Part shown: in pieces, positions 12,850 to 24,700 of the stretch | Numbering within the stretch: position 1 is the stretch's first letter | Layout of the letters: each line of letters opens with the position of its first letter | From: Azolla caroliniana | Lineage: Eukaryota > Plantae > Polypodiophyta | NCBI GenBank assembly: GCA_043228905.1 | Contig: JBHGNT010000007.1 | Span: 21,576,001-21,640,000, forward strand | Direction of reading: 5' to 3' | DNA length: 64,000 nucleotides | Translations under genes and position numbers: made by a program | Notes under the pieces: model-generated | What the model saw: the letters and a program-made list of their open reading frames with translations, nothing else | Database searches by the model: none | What the model was told of the DNA's origin: nothing

Positions 12850-14384
12850 GCATCACTAACAACAATGGGCTAAGAGGGCATCCTTGGCGAACGGATCTTG
12901 TGAGGGCAATATCTGATGTAACTCCCCCATTAAGCATTACTCGAGACACCGCATCTTGTCCTAATAAAAATATGAGGCGAGACATGCGAGGTCCAAAGCC
13001 CATTGTATGCATTAACCCAAAAATAAAGGATCAATTAACATGATCATAAGCTTTCTCCAAATCTAATTGCACCATAATCAATTCTTGATGAGTGTTTCGA
13101 GCATAATCCATGGCCATTTGAACATTCAACACATTATGCAATATATTTCTACCTGCAATAAAACCATATTGGGCAGGATGTACCAACTTTGGCAAATACT
13201 TTTGTAATATATTTGCCAAGACCTTTGTAAATATATTATACAACCCCCCCCCCCCCCCATCAAAGAAATAGGTCTCCATTGATGAAATGACTCGGGAGAT
13301 GCCACCTTTGGAACTAATTTAACTAGACCAACCTTCCAAGCTTGAGGCATACGACCAAAATCCCAAGAATGTTGAAACATCAAAGTTAAGGGCCCTTTTA
13401 AAATATTTGAATATCGCTTAAAAACTTCATTTGTCAAGCCATCCCAACCGGGACTCTTACCACTAGGAAGATGCCTTAAACCGTTTCCACCTCATCCTCA
13501 GTGAAATTTGCATCCAATTCATGACTAATGGGGTCATGCACAATACATCCAACCACATCATAAAACTCATGACGTGCTCTACTCACCTCATTTGTCATTA
13601 GCAATTGTGGGCCAATTAACTCCTTAAAGTAATGAATACATATATCAATTATTGTAGTAGGATCCATTATCAATCCATCCCCTTGCTTCCCATGTACCAC
13701 ATTAGATCGAACATAAGTAGGATGTAATGCTTGGAAAAACAAATGAGATTGACATTGATTATCTACGAGCCCATCCCTGAGTTGTCTCATCTTAGCATAA
13801 TGATAACTTTGGCATTACAATTGAGAAATAATAACACGCAATTGACTCTAGATATCCAAAAGCTCCTCATATAATGGTGCATGTATCAATAATGCATTAC
13901 ACCTAGAGAGAACTTGTAAGAATTGTCAAAGACGACCTCTACTTCGTTGAGCATTAGTTACTCTATACATACAATGAATGATCTTAATGTTTCGTAACAT
14001 GATATCCCATGCTTTAACTCCTTTAAGATTCACTTGTGAAAAATTTGCCAAAATTTGCTCCATGAGAGAATCAAAGTGAGGTTGAAGCAAAAGAGAAGAG
14101 TTAAAGCGTAATGGAGGCTTTCCAAGTAAGGATTTATACATGTCAATTGCATGACTACAAACTTCCAAACAAATAGGAAAGTGATTTGAAGTTCCTACAT
14201 CTTGTAGAACTTTCATATGAAGTGATGTCGGTAAGAAAGAATCATCATGCATCACATACATTCTATTTAACCGACTCCATGTTTGTCTACGTTGAGCGGA
14301 TTGGAAGGTAAAACCTGGATCATTCCCATGCAACATTGTCCAAACATCCAACTTTAGAACCTCCATAACCCATGAATCCCAAGC
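12850..14384 (-). mobile_element. L1-like LINE ORF2, distal part (endonuclease C-terminus, linker, RT domains); degenerate and 3'-truncated
   Basis: Motifs PGFTF...WSRLNRMY, SNHFPI, WRPISL, QYGFIAGRNI, LDLEKAYDHVN and RQGCPLSPLL. Joins 45097 onward across TSD CAAGC. Confidence 0.9.
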
Positions 14385-17300
14385 TGAAGAGAAATAAGTG
14401 GAATAATCTCCGGCCACAACCGAAGCGTAGATCACTTGATGACAATCAAACACAGAAGAAATGGGAATGGAGGTAAGTACACAAACAGAAAGAGAATACC
14501 CAGGATGTTAACATGGAAAACCCTGAGAGGGAAAAACCACGGGAGTCCACAGACTCCAAACTATCACTATGTCAAGGAGTACAACAGGGAGCACAGAGGC
14601 AACGACCTCTTGCTCACAATCTTCGCCTAGAGGCGGTTACAACAGAGACATGCTCTGTATCACTCACTCTCTCTCTTTGTATAGTCGTTACACCAATAAT
14701 CAACACTATACACAATAATTACAGCCCACTGTTTGCCCTAGGTCACATTTATACTAATGTGACATTAGGACTATTTACAGATATAGCCCCAATGGGCTCT
14801 CAGGAACATATCTACATATATGTCCCTTCATCTGGTGAGAGGTTCTCACCGAGCCTGCAACATCTGGTTCTCACCGGGTTTGCGTCATCCATTGCCGGGT
14901 ACTCCACATCCGGTTCTCACCGGGTCTTCCAATGCCGGGTACTCCACATCCGGTTCTCACTGGGACTTCCGATGCCGGACCTTCGTATCCCATCCAGAGG
15001 GACCAAGATCCTAACAAACTCCCCCTTCACTCCGGCATGGGATGCCTTGTCAATCCGATCCGCTTCCGGCATGTGTCTAGCTTGTCGGGCGTCAGCACCT
15101 TGGTCAGCATATCCGACCCGTTCTCCTCCGTGTGGATCTTCGTTAGTACAAACTCTCGGTCTTCTACTCGCTCCCGAATCCAGTGGTACCTCCACTGGAT
15201 GTGCTTCGTCCTGGAATGATACGCTACATTCTTCGCAAGGTGGATGACACTTTGACTGTCGCAATAGAGCTGGTATTCCTCTTGCCGGATCCCTAGCTCT
15301 TCGATGAAGTCCTTCATCCATAGTATTTCCTTGCCGACTTCCATAGCCGCCATGTACTCTGCTTTCGTGGTTGACAACGCAACCATCTTCTGCAGCCTCG
15401 ATTGCCACGAAACAGCTCCCCCCGCATATGTCATGACATATTTGGATGTTGACTGGCTGGTATCCGCATCAACCGACATATCCGAATCGGTGAAACCGTC
15501 AAGTTGGGGATACCGGAGCCGAATCGGAGACACATACTTGAGGTTCCTTTCAAGTATCGGAGTATCCATTTTACCGCATTCCAGTGCTCCTTGCTGGGAT
15601 TGCTCATAAACCGGCTCACCACTCCGACTGCATATCTGATATCCGGTCGGGTACACACCATTGCGTACATTAGTCTCCTGACAGTAGAGGCATATGGTAT
15701 CTTCATCATATCCGCATTCTCTGCCTTCGTCTTCAGGCTTTGCTTACCGGATAACCTACAGTTTGCCTGAAGTGTCGATCCGACCGGTTTCGCATCTGAC
15801 ATGTTGAACCGCTGAAGCACCTTTGTCACGTACATCTCCTGTGATAGCCACAATTGCTTCGTTGACCGGTCCCGGATGATATGCATCCCCAACATCTGTC
15901 TTGCCGGACCCAAGTCTTTCATTGAGAAGGTCCGGTTTAGGGCCTTCTTCAGCATCCGTATCTTGACTTGGTCTCGTCCGATGATCAACATGTCGTCCAC
16001 GTACAAGAGGAGTATCAGGAAGTCTCCACCTTCGAACTTCTTCACAAATACGCAGTGATCGGCCTGCGTCTTGTGGTACCCTTGATCGGTCATGAAGGAG
16101 TCGAACTTCCAGTACCATTGCCGGGGAGCTTGCTTCAACCCGTAGAGGCTCTTTTTTAACCGGCAAACCAGGTGCTCCTTCCCTTTCTTCACAAATCCCT
16201 TTGGTTGCTGCATGTAGATCTCCTCTTCGAGGTTGTCGTGGAGGAATGTTGTCTTCACGTCTAACTGCTCTACTTCGAGGTCCATGCTTGCCGCTATGCT
16301 CAGCAGCGTCCGGATGGAAGTCATCTTTACTACCGGGGAAAATATTTCGTCGAAGTCCATGCCCTTCTTCTGTTGGAACCCCTTCACCATGATCCTGGCT
16401 TTGTACCTTGGAGGGTTTCCGGCATCTCCCGATTTCAACTTGTACACCCACTTGTTTCGGAGTGCCCTCTTTCCTTTCGGCAACTCCACCAATTCATACG
16501 TGTAGTTCTCATGTAGGGAATCCATCTCGTCCTACATGACACTCAACCACTTGCCGCTATGGGTGTCATCCTTTGCTTCTTCGAAGCTTTCCGGCTCCTC
16601 CTCATCGGTCAGCAGCACATGCTCTGCATCCGGAAATCTCCGGGGGGGCCTTCTCTCTTTGAGAGGGTATCTCCGTCTTTGGTTTTCGGCAACCGGCTCC
16701 TCTATCTGTTCTTCATCCGAATCCGATTCGGGGTCTTGGCCGGTTCCAGTTTCAGCTTCCTCTACTTCTTCTTCTGCCAGTTCGGTATCCTCACCGTAAC
16801 CGTCTAGTTCCTCGAGTATCAACCGGCTCTTAGCCGGGTGGGTCCGAATCTCATCGTAGTTCATTATCTTCTTCTCTGACTCCTAGTAGACAAGAGTCTT
16901 GTCCTCCATGAAGATAATATCTCGGCTCCGGAAAACCTTCTTGTCAACCGGATCCCACACTCGTTAGCGAACTCATCATCGTCGTATCCGAGGAATATGC
17001 ATGGCCGGGTCTTTGGATCCAATTTTCCTCTTCAGTCCTTAGCAACATGCACGTACATGAGACACCCGAACACCTTCAAATGCCGGTAGGACACTTCCTT
17101 ACTGGTCCACACCTTTTGCGGCGTGTCTCCATCCAAGGGCACTCAGGGTGATCTATTTATCACATACGTCATTGTCAACATCGCCTCAACCCAAAACGTC
17201 TTGGGTAGTTTAGCATGTGCTAGCATACTCCGGACCCTCTCCATTATGGTCCGGTTCATCCTCTCGGCTAGCCCGTTTAGTTCCGGTGTTGTCGTGGAGA

Positions 17301-20123
17301 AAACCGTCCCTAGGCGGAAACCGGGTATAACGTGCGTAAATTGGCCCTTACACGAGGGCACAAGTTTGTTGTATAGTACACAGATAGGTACAAGTCAGGT
17401 GAGGTGGAATCCTAGGTAGCGCACATTCATTAGGAGAAAATCGAGGCGTATCCTTGTCCGAAAAGACAAGGAATAAACATGATGTAACGAGTGGTAACGG
17501 CCTCCCTCCTTGGGCTATAAATAGAGGGAGAGGTATTGTAGATAGATATCGCGTTTTGTGGAGGACGAAGTGATGCCGGACTGGAATTGAGCTCCTTCTC
17601 CTCTGTCTTCTCCGTAGCCGTTTTGTGCAGGTTTCGGGAGGCTGACTCTGCTCCGCGGAACGCCCAAGTGCTTCCGGCAAAGTCTCCATCTCGCATCGTG
17701 TGTGCGTGCGTGCGTGCGTGTGTGTAGGCGTCAGAGTCTATCACTCGCCGGCTTGCCGGTTGTAACTCCTTGGTTATTTATACGTATACATTCACTCTGT
17801 CTCCATTGTTCAGAGTTGGTTGCAACTCCTGTGAATGCGTGTGTCTGTGCGCCTGTGAAGTACTTCGGTAGTTTCCTTCCCCTCTTCTCATTCGGTTACT
17901 TCTCGGTCCAAGGCCCCCGTGGTCCCGCCTCATTCTCCACGCTCGCGCGTAACAACGCGACATATTTGGTGAACCCAAAGTGAACAAGCGGCAGAGGAAT
18001 AGAAAGATGAGAGGGTCGGATCTTGCAGAAGCCATGGCTTCGGCCGTGGATCGGATAGTGAGTCGCACGGAGGCACAGGCGTCCTCGATAGGGCTATTGA
18101 AGCAGTCGTCGGCACGATAGGCCGGTTCTGTGGGAAGGACGCCACAAGCTATTTGGAGGCTTGCCGAGTTGAAATGGTGATGAGGGACATTCCAGAGGAC
18201 AAGTAACTGGCCGAATTCCCTCGGGTGGCGATGCCGGGCATCCACGCGGAGATGCTTGAGGTACGGGCTGAGAGTCGGACCTGGGAAGAGTTTGAAGGTC
18301 GACTCCTTGAAAAGTACGGGCTTGATGACGTGCTTCGGCTATCAAAGCGGGACTTCATGGAATGGGTGGAGACCCCTGAAAAGGGGAGAAACGCGTCGGT
18401 GCTCCTTCGGGAGTTTGAAGAACGTTTCGCACGTCTTTCGGCGCTGGACCGAACCGTACTGGACACAAGTCGTGTCCTATTGTTCGTTAAAGTGGTGGAC
18501 GTAAGGGACCGAGAGCAAGTGGGCTTCCTGCTGGAGACCGATGACGGCCTAACGACCGACTAGGCCGTGGTAAAGAGAGTCAGCAGCCGTTTTGACAAAT
18601 GGTGTGAGTGGGTCGATAAAGGCTTGACGGGGGCGGGTTCTGTTGCGACAAGGAAGGTCGAGGTACCCCCACCGGCGCGAAGGGAAGAGACCCGAGACTG
18701 ACTCGAGACCGGTTCGGCTTCGACAAGCATGGTCAAAGGCTCGTCCAGAGGAGCGGCTCTGGAGGAGCTGACTCAGATGGTGAGGGACCTCCAGATTGCA
18801 CAAGCGCGGAGGGACGGCGGCGAACAAATCCGTGACCGAAGGCCTCCGGTTGGGAACCGGTGCTTGTGGTGCGACGCGGTTGGCCACGCCCGAAAGGACT
18901 GCGGGGACTTCGCCGAAGTGATAAGAGCTAACGTGGTGTACCTATGGAACGACTGGGTGCACAGTAGCGAGACCCGAAGGGCCCTAGATCTGAATGTCGG
19001 ACGAGGGGGTATGAAACGACTGATGGAGGAAGCGGCGGCTCGCCACGCGGAGACCGTCCACTACTCGGTGTCGGCTAGAATCCGGTTCGGAAGTGATGAC
19101 GTCCGGAAAATGAAGGAGTCTAGGTTCTAGCCGTTGATGCTAGAGGGCTTAGCCGGCGTACGACTAAGGAAAGAGGAAGTGGACTGTGCGAAAAGACGGG
19201 TTCGGGAGGTAACCGGGTGGAGTGACCCAGTCGAGGAGAAGACGGGCTTCGTGGAAGCCGTGTGCCAGAACTACGAGGTTCTGGTGGAAGACAAGCACGC
19301 GGGAAAGACCGAGGGGGGGCGGACCCTCACAACGGTATGAGACCCGGTTCGGGCCGAAGCAGAATGATGTCGGTGCATCCGACACACCGGACAAGGCCAA
19401 GAAGGTCGGTTATCGGTTGAGCATAGAGATTGAAAGGACCATGGACCTACGAAAGGTCCTGGAGGAACGGATCCTCGATAGCAAAGTGGAGTTGTTGCTG
19501 AGGGAAGTGCTCGGTATCGCCAAGAAGGAGTTCCACGACTCCATCGTAGACTTGGTGAAGCGGAAAAGGCTTTCGACGGAGCTAGAGCCGGAGAAGCCGG
19601 TGGAGGTGCGAACGACGCACCTAGAAGACATGGCCCTGGAGGACGAATTGGCGGAAAGCCACTACGCGAGGCTACATTGGGCTAGGGCCACTACGGAAAC
19701 CCCTGTTCGGATCGGGGACGTCCAGGAGCCGGTGGTGGCGTTGGTAGACCACGGTTCGGAGATCAACTTGATGTCCATGGACTTCTACAAAAAAGGAAAG
19801 TGGTCGATCAACACCAAGCACGGGTGGAAGATACATGCAGCAACATGCGCCACGGAGGAGCTACACGGAGCCTGCCTGAATGTACGAGTGAAAATCGGCG
19901 ATGTCGAGATCAATCAACACTTCTTCGTGCAGGAGACGTCCTCGCATCCGGTGATACTCGGAGAACCGTACATCACGGCGGCGCGCATGGAGAAAAAGGT
20001 GTTGGACAACGGTTCGGCATATGCACGAGTCAAGAGCCAGGATGGGCATCACTCGGTCCAGTTCCTGACGGTGCGACCGAACCATGAGCGTAATCGCGAG
20101 ACCCTCGGTGCCGAAAACCGGGG

Positions 20124-20189
20124 GGATTTTTAGAGAGGGCTATCAAGGCGTGGGGCCGTGATAGTTTGGACACCCCGAAAAAACCCCAC
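20124..20189 (+). promoter_or_regulatory. Predicted -1 programmed ribosomal frameshift signal (G_GAT_TTT heptamer, spacer, H-type pseudoknot)
   Basis: The PR ORF ends GGG GAT TTT TAG at 20133, and the -1 frame is open from 20127 into the pre-RT region. Stem 20137-20149 pairs with 20155-20167. Loop GTGGGG is complementary to CCCCAC at 20184-20189. Confidence 0.7.
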
Positions 20190-21784
20190 ATATGTACTAT
20201 AGGCAAAAACACCTGTACCATAGGTAGGAAATTCTGGTTCTCCGATAGCGGAGGTTGTACGATAACCGACGTAGCTGGTCGGGAAAAGAAGCGGGCGGAG
20301 GAGCGACTTCGGGCATGCAGAGTCCTCGGCCCTGAAGAGGAAATCAATGGAGCCGTGGAGGCGGTCTCTTTCGACGACACCTTAGGGAAGTTACGAGAGG
20401 TGCTCGAAGAAGGCCTTAATGAGGATCGGACTATTCCGGTATGTTCGGAAGAGATGTACAAAGTCATCGCCGACTTCGGTAACGGACTTGAGTCGAATCG
20501 GACGACCCGAGTGGATATGAAGTACCAAACTGTGGACTGGAAGGTGAGGCCAGTCGCGGCACCCTTGCCAGAGGGCAACGAGTTACGGATAAAGGGGGTC
20601 GCGTCAGACCCAAGTTTACAAGATCTGGCCAGCATAGGACACACGTTCACCGACATAACGCTGCGGGAAGCGGTTTACGGCTCTCCGGAAAGCGGTTTAC
20701 GGCAAGGAAGTCCCGATTTACGTGACTGTGGACACGAGTCCGACCGGGATCAGATGGGTGATCAACCAAGAGGATGACGATGGCGTGAGGTTCCCCATCC
20801 GGTTCGGCGCGAAAGTCCTCAGTGAGCTAAAATGAGGATACGCCTAGGTTAAACGCGAACTCTGGGGTATCGTTTCGGTGGTCAAGGCTGATAAAGACTA
20901 CCTGATCGGGACAGAGGTGACAATCGAGACGGACTGCCTACCGATTCTCGGCATGGTTTCCGGATGCGTGACTCCGGACCTGGCGATGCTCAGGTGGATC
21001 GGGTAGATCAAGTTCCTGAACCTGGAGATACGGCACATCTCCGGAAAGGATAACGCCATGGCCGATATGCTTTCAAGGGCGCAGTTCAGCGACGAGGACG
21101 ACATGGTTTCGGATAACGAAGAAGTCGGCGAGGACTTCTTCGGGTCAGCTAACGTAACAACAAGAAAGGGGAGCACTCCGGCGCTTAACGGATTCGACGA
21201 GAGCAAGTACGATGGGAGTGGCTCCAGATCGGCGGGTTCCTAAAGACAATGACACCGAACGCGGCGTGGACGAAGGAAGAGACCAACCAAATTCGGAAGA
21301 AAGCGTATCGATTCTTCCTACGGGACGGGAGCTTATGGAAGCACCCGAAAAAGAGAAACGACATCTTGCTCCGAGTGGTGGCAAAGAAAGAGGAACAAGA
21401 AGAATTGTTGACGGCATACCACGAGAGTCCCTGGGCCAGACACCGCGGGACGTGGGCCACATTCGAGAAGCTAAAGGGGAAGTACTGGTGGCCGGGACTA
21501 TATCGGGACGTGCATCGGTTCGTGACGACTTGCGAAAGCTGTCAGGTGCACTCCATGGTCCGACATCAGGACGAGCTTCACCCGACCTACCCTCCGACCG
21601 TCCACTTTAAATGGATGGTGGATCTGGTGACAATGCCGATGGGGGTAGGGCAGATGCGGTATCTGGTGCTGGCTCGGGAGGACCTAACGAACCAGGTGGA
21701 AGGCTAAGCGTTGCAGAACAAAACGACCGCGGCCGTGTGCCGATTTCTGATCGAAGAAGTGGTATGCCGGTACGGGTGCGTAGG

Positions 21785-24700
21785 TGTTAGGAAACAGGTC
21801 CCTCCAGATGAGAAGTGAGAAGAACAATGCTGATGAGCAAACCGGATGTAGAGTACCCGGCAACGAAAGACCCGGTGAGAACCGGATGTGGAGTACCCGG
21901 AACCGGAAGACCCGGTGAGAACCGGATGTGGTGTACCCGGCAACGGAAGACCCGGTGAGAACCGGATGACGAGTGCCCGGCAAGCGTCGGATGATGCATG
22001 CCCGGTGAGGAGTGGTCACCGGATGAAGGGACATATTCGTAAATATGTTTCTGAGAGTCCATCGGGGCTATATTTGTAAATAGCCGAAAAGTCATATTAG
22101 TATAAATATGACTTAGGGCAAACTTAGTTGGAGTGTTGTCATTTCTTGTTGGTGCAAGATTAGAGCGCGTAACTATGTACAGAGAGAGTGAGAGAGAGTG
22201 GAAGAGGTCGTTGCCTCTGTTGTAACCACTGCCTGTGGCGAAGATAGCAAGCTCGAGGTCGTTGCCTCGGTGCTTTACTATTGTACATTGTGATATAGTG
22301 ATAGTTTGCAATCTGTGGGCTGTCGTGGTTTTTCCCTAGTTTGGGTTTTCCACGTTAACATCCAGTGTACTCTTCTCTTTACTGTGTCGTGCGTTCATTA
22401 CCCGTTTTCTATGTTTGATTCTAACCTCAGTTGTAACGGAGCGTTGTTCATCGGGAGCGTGTGTTCCTGTCAAATTGGTATCAGAGCGAAATGACACAGA
22501 AAATGGACGAATCGTTGGGAGGCATGTTCAAGCTCACCGGCTCCAACTATTCCGTGTGGAAGTCGAAGATGAGGGACATGCTCGTGGTTAAAGATCTTTG
22601 GTTGCCGGTTCAGTTCGGGGACAAGAGATCGGACAAAATCGACGGCACGATATGGGAGGTGATGCACATGAAGACAACGACTTACATTCGGTGCTTCATC
22701 GACATGAACCTATACAACAACTTCAATGAAGAGAGCAAGGCTCATGAGCTCTGGGAGAAGATTAGCATTATGTTTCAAAACAAAAATGTTGTTAATTAGG
22801 TTTCGGTATTTCGGAAGATAGTAAGACTCTGGTACCAAGATGGCTCCAGCATGGCGGAGCACATGAATGCCTTCAAAGGGCTAATCCACCAGGCAACATC
22901 ATTGGAAGTACCTCTCGCCGATGAGGTACTAGCGCTACTCCTGCTTGGTTCCCTCCCAGATAGTTGGGAGACATTGGTTGTCACTTTGGGCAACGCCGGG
23001 CCGGAAGGGAAACGGTTATCCCTAGCAAGAGTGAAGTTGAGCTTGCTAGATTAGGAGGCGCGTCGGAATGATAAGGATACGAGCTCCGACTCCAAGGTGC
23101 TCCTTACCGAATCAGAACGCGGAAGACAAAGGAACCGTATCCCCCAGAACCGGGAAAAGTCGGGGACACGGTCAAAGTCAAGGGGGAGGCCTACTTGCTT
23201 CTATTGCGGCAAGCCAGGACACTTCCAGAAGAACTGTCGGCACTTCCGAAAAGACAAGGAAATCGACGGTATCGATTCGAAGCGGACACCGGACCCGAAT
23301 GGTAAAGACCAGAGGAGGCCAGACGGGAAGGGAACGATGGCAATCGCGGCAAGTGAAGAAGAGTTGATGCTCATCACCGAGGAGAGTGAGCTAAACCTTA
23401 ACGGCGACGAGATGACCTGGGTGGTCGACTCCGGAGCATTGTTCCACCTTACCCCAGACCGGAAATGCTTCTCATCCTACTCAGCCAATGATCACGACTG
23501 TGTCCGGATGGGGAATGAAGGTACATGCCGAATTGTCGGCATAGGAGACGTGTGGTTGACAACACCAACCGGATGCAAGCTGCTGCTGAAGGATGTCCGA
23601 CACGTTCCGGAGGTTCGTCTGAACCTGATATCAGCTGGTCGGCTAGATGATGAAGGCTACATGGGTAGCATCCGGAACAGTGTTATGAAGTTCATCAAAG
23701 GAAACCTGATTGTGGCTCGGGCCCGGAAGGTAAACACGTTATACCTGATGAATGCCCGATTATGCCCGGAAGAAGTGAACATGGTTTCCGACACTGCCGG
23801 TGAGCTGTGGCACAAGAGGTTGTGTCACATGAGCGAGAAGGGGATGAAGAGGCTTGCAAATGACAACCTCATTCTAGTGAAGAACGTGCACTTGGAGAAG
23901 TGCACTGATTGTCTGGCCGGTAAACAAAACCGGATCTCTTTTCGATCGAGGCCACCGATGAGACGTAATGCACCACTGGAGTTGGTGCATACTAATGTAT
24001 GTCAAGTGGACACGAAGTCACATGCCGGATCGCAGTACTTCGTGACGTTCATAGATGATCACAACCGGAAGCTGTGGGCCACACCGTTGAAGACGAAGGA
24101 TCAGGTGCTATCCGTCTTCAAAGAGCTCCATGCGAGAGTGGAAAGAGAAACTGGCCGGAAACTGAAGGCAGTTCGAGCAGATAATGGAGGTGAATACCGG
24201 GGGCAGTTTGAGGAGTACTGTCGCTCGAAGGGAATCCGGCTCGAATTTACCGTGCCGAAGACGTTGGAACTAAACGGGTTGGCTGAGAGGATGAACCGGA
24301 CCATAATGGAGAGGCTCCGGAGTATGCTGGCGCATGCAAAATTACCCAAGACGTTTTGGGTTGAGGCGCTGTCGACAACGACGTATGTGATAAACAGATC
24401 ACCCTCAGTGCCCTTGGATGGAGACACACCGCAGAAGATGTGGACCGGCATCTGAAGGTGTTCGGGTGTCTCGTGTACGTGCATGTTGCTAAGGACCGGA
24501 GAGGAAAATTGGATCCTAAGACCCGGCCATGCATATTCCTCGGATACGACGATGATGAGTTCGGCTACCGAGTGTGGGATCTGGTTGACAAGAAGGCTTT
24601 CCGGAGTCGAGATATTATCTTCATGGAGGACAAGACGCTCGCCGACTGGGAGTCGGAGAAGAAGATAATGAACTCCGAGTCGACCAGTAAGGATCGATTC

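Larger units (their letters stand above)
4324..12850 (+). pseudogene. Ty3/gypsy-type gag remnant in pieces 4324-4485, 5280-5592 and 12021-12850; truncated at 3' against the LINE
   Basis: 12021-12850 translates to YRDDPDAEAHMYAFFQTWE...FGMTLEGRVARWH...FDALKTKFL (retrotransposon gag-like), then two CCHC knuckles, CTTCMNPRHSTLEC and CMLCHSWSHTMDRC. The pieces rejoin across the TSDs CCGG and CAAAC. Confidence 0.75.

Noticed and set aside
19305-19345. Programmed frameshift between gag and protease in Gypsy D
   Set aside because: The offset falls in a G homopolymer with no evident stimulatory structure and is most simply a decay indel.
21841-21985. Regular 40-bp repeats resembling a CRISPR array
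   Set aside because: The units are head-to-tail with no unique spacers, lie inside LTR U3 regions, and there are no cas genes in this eukaryotic context.
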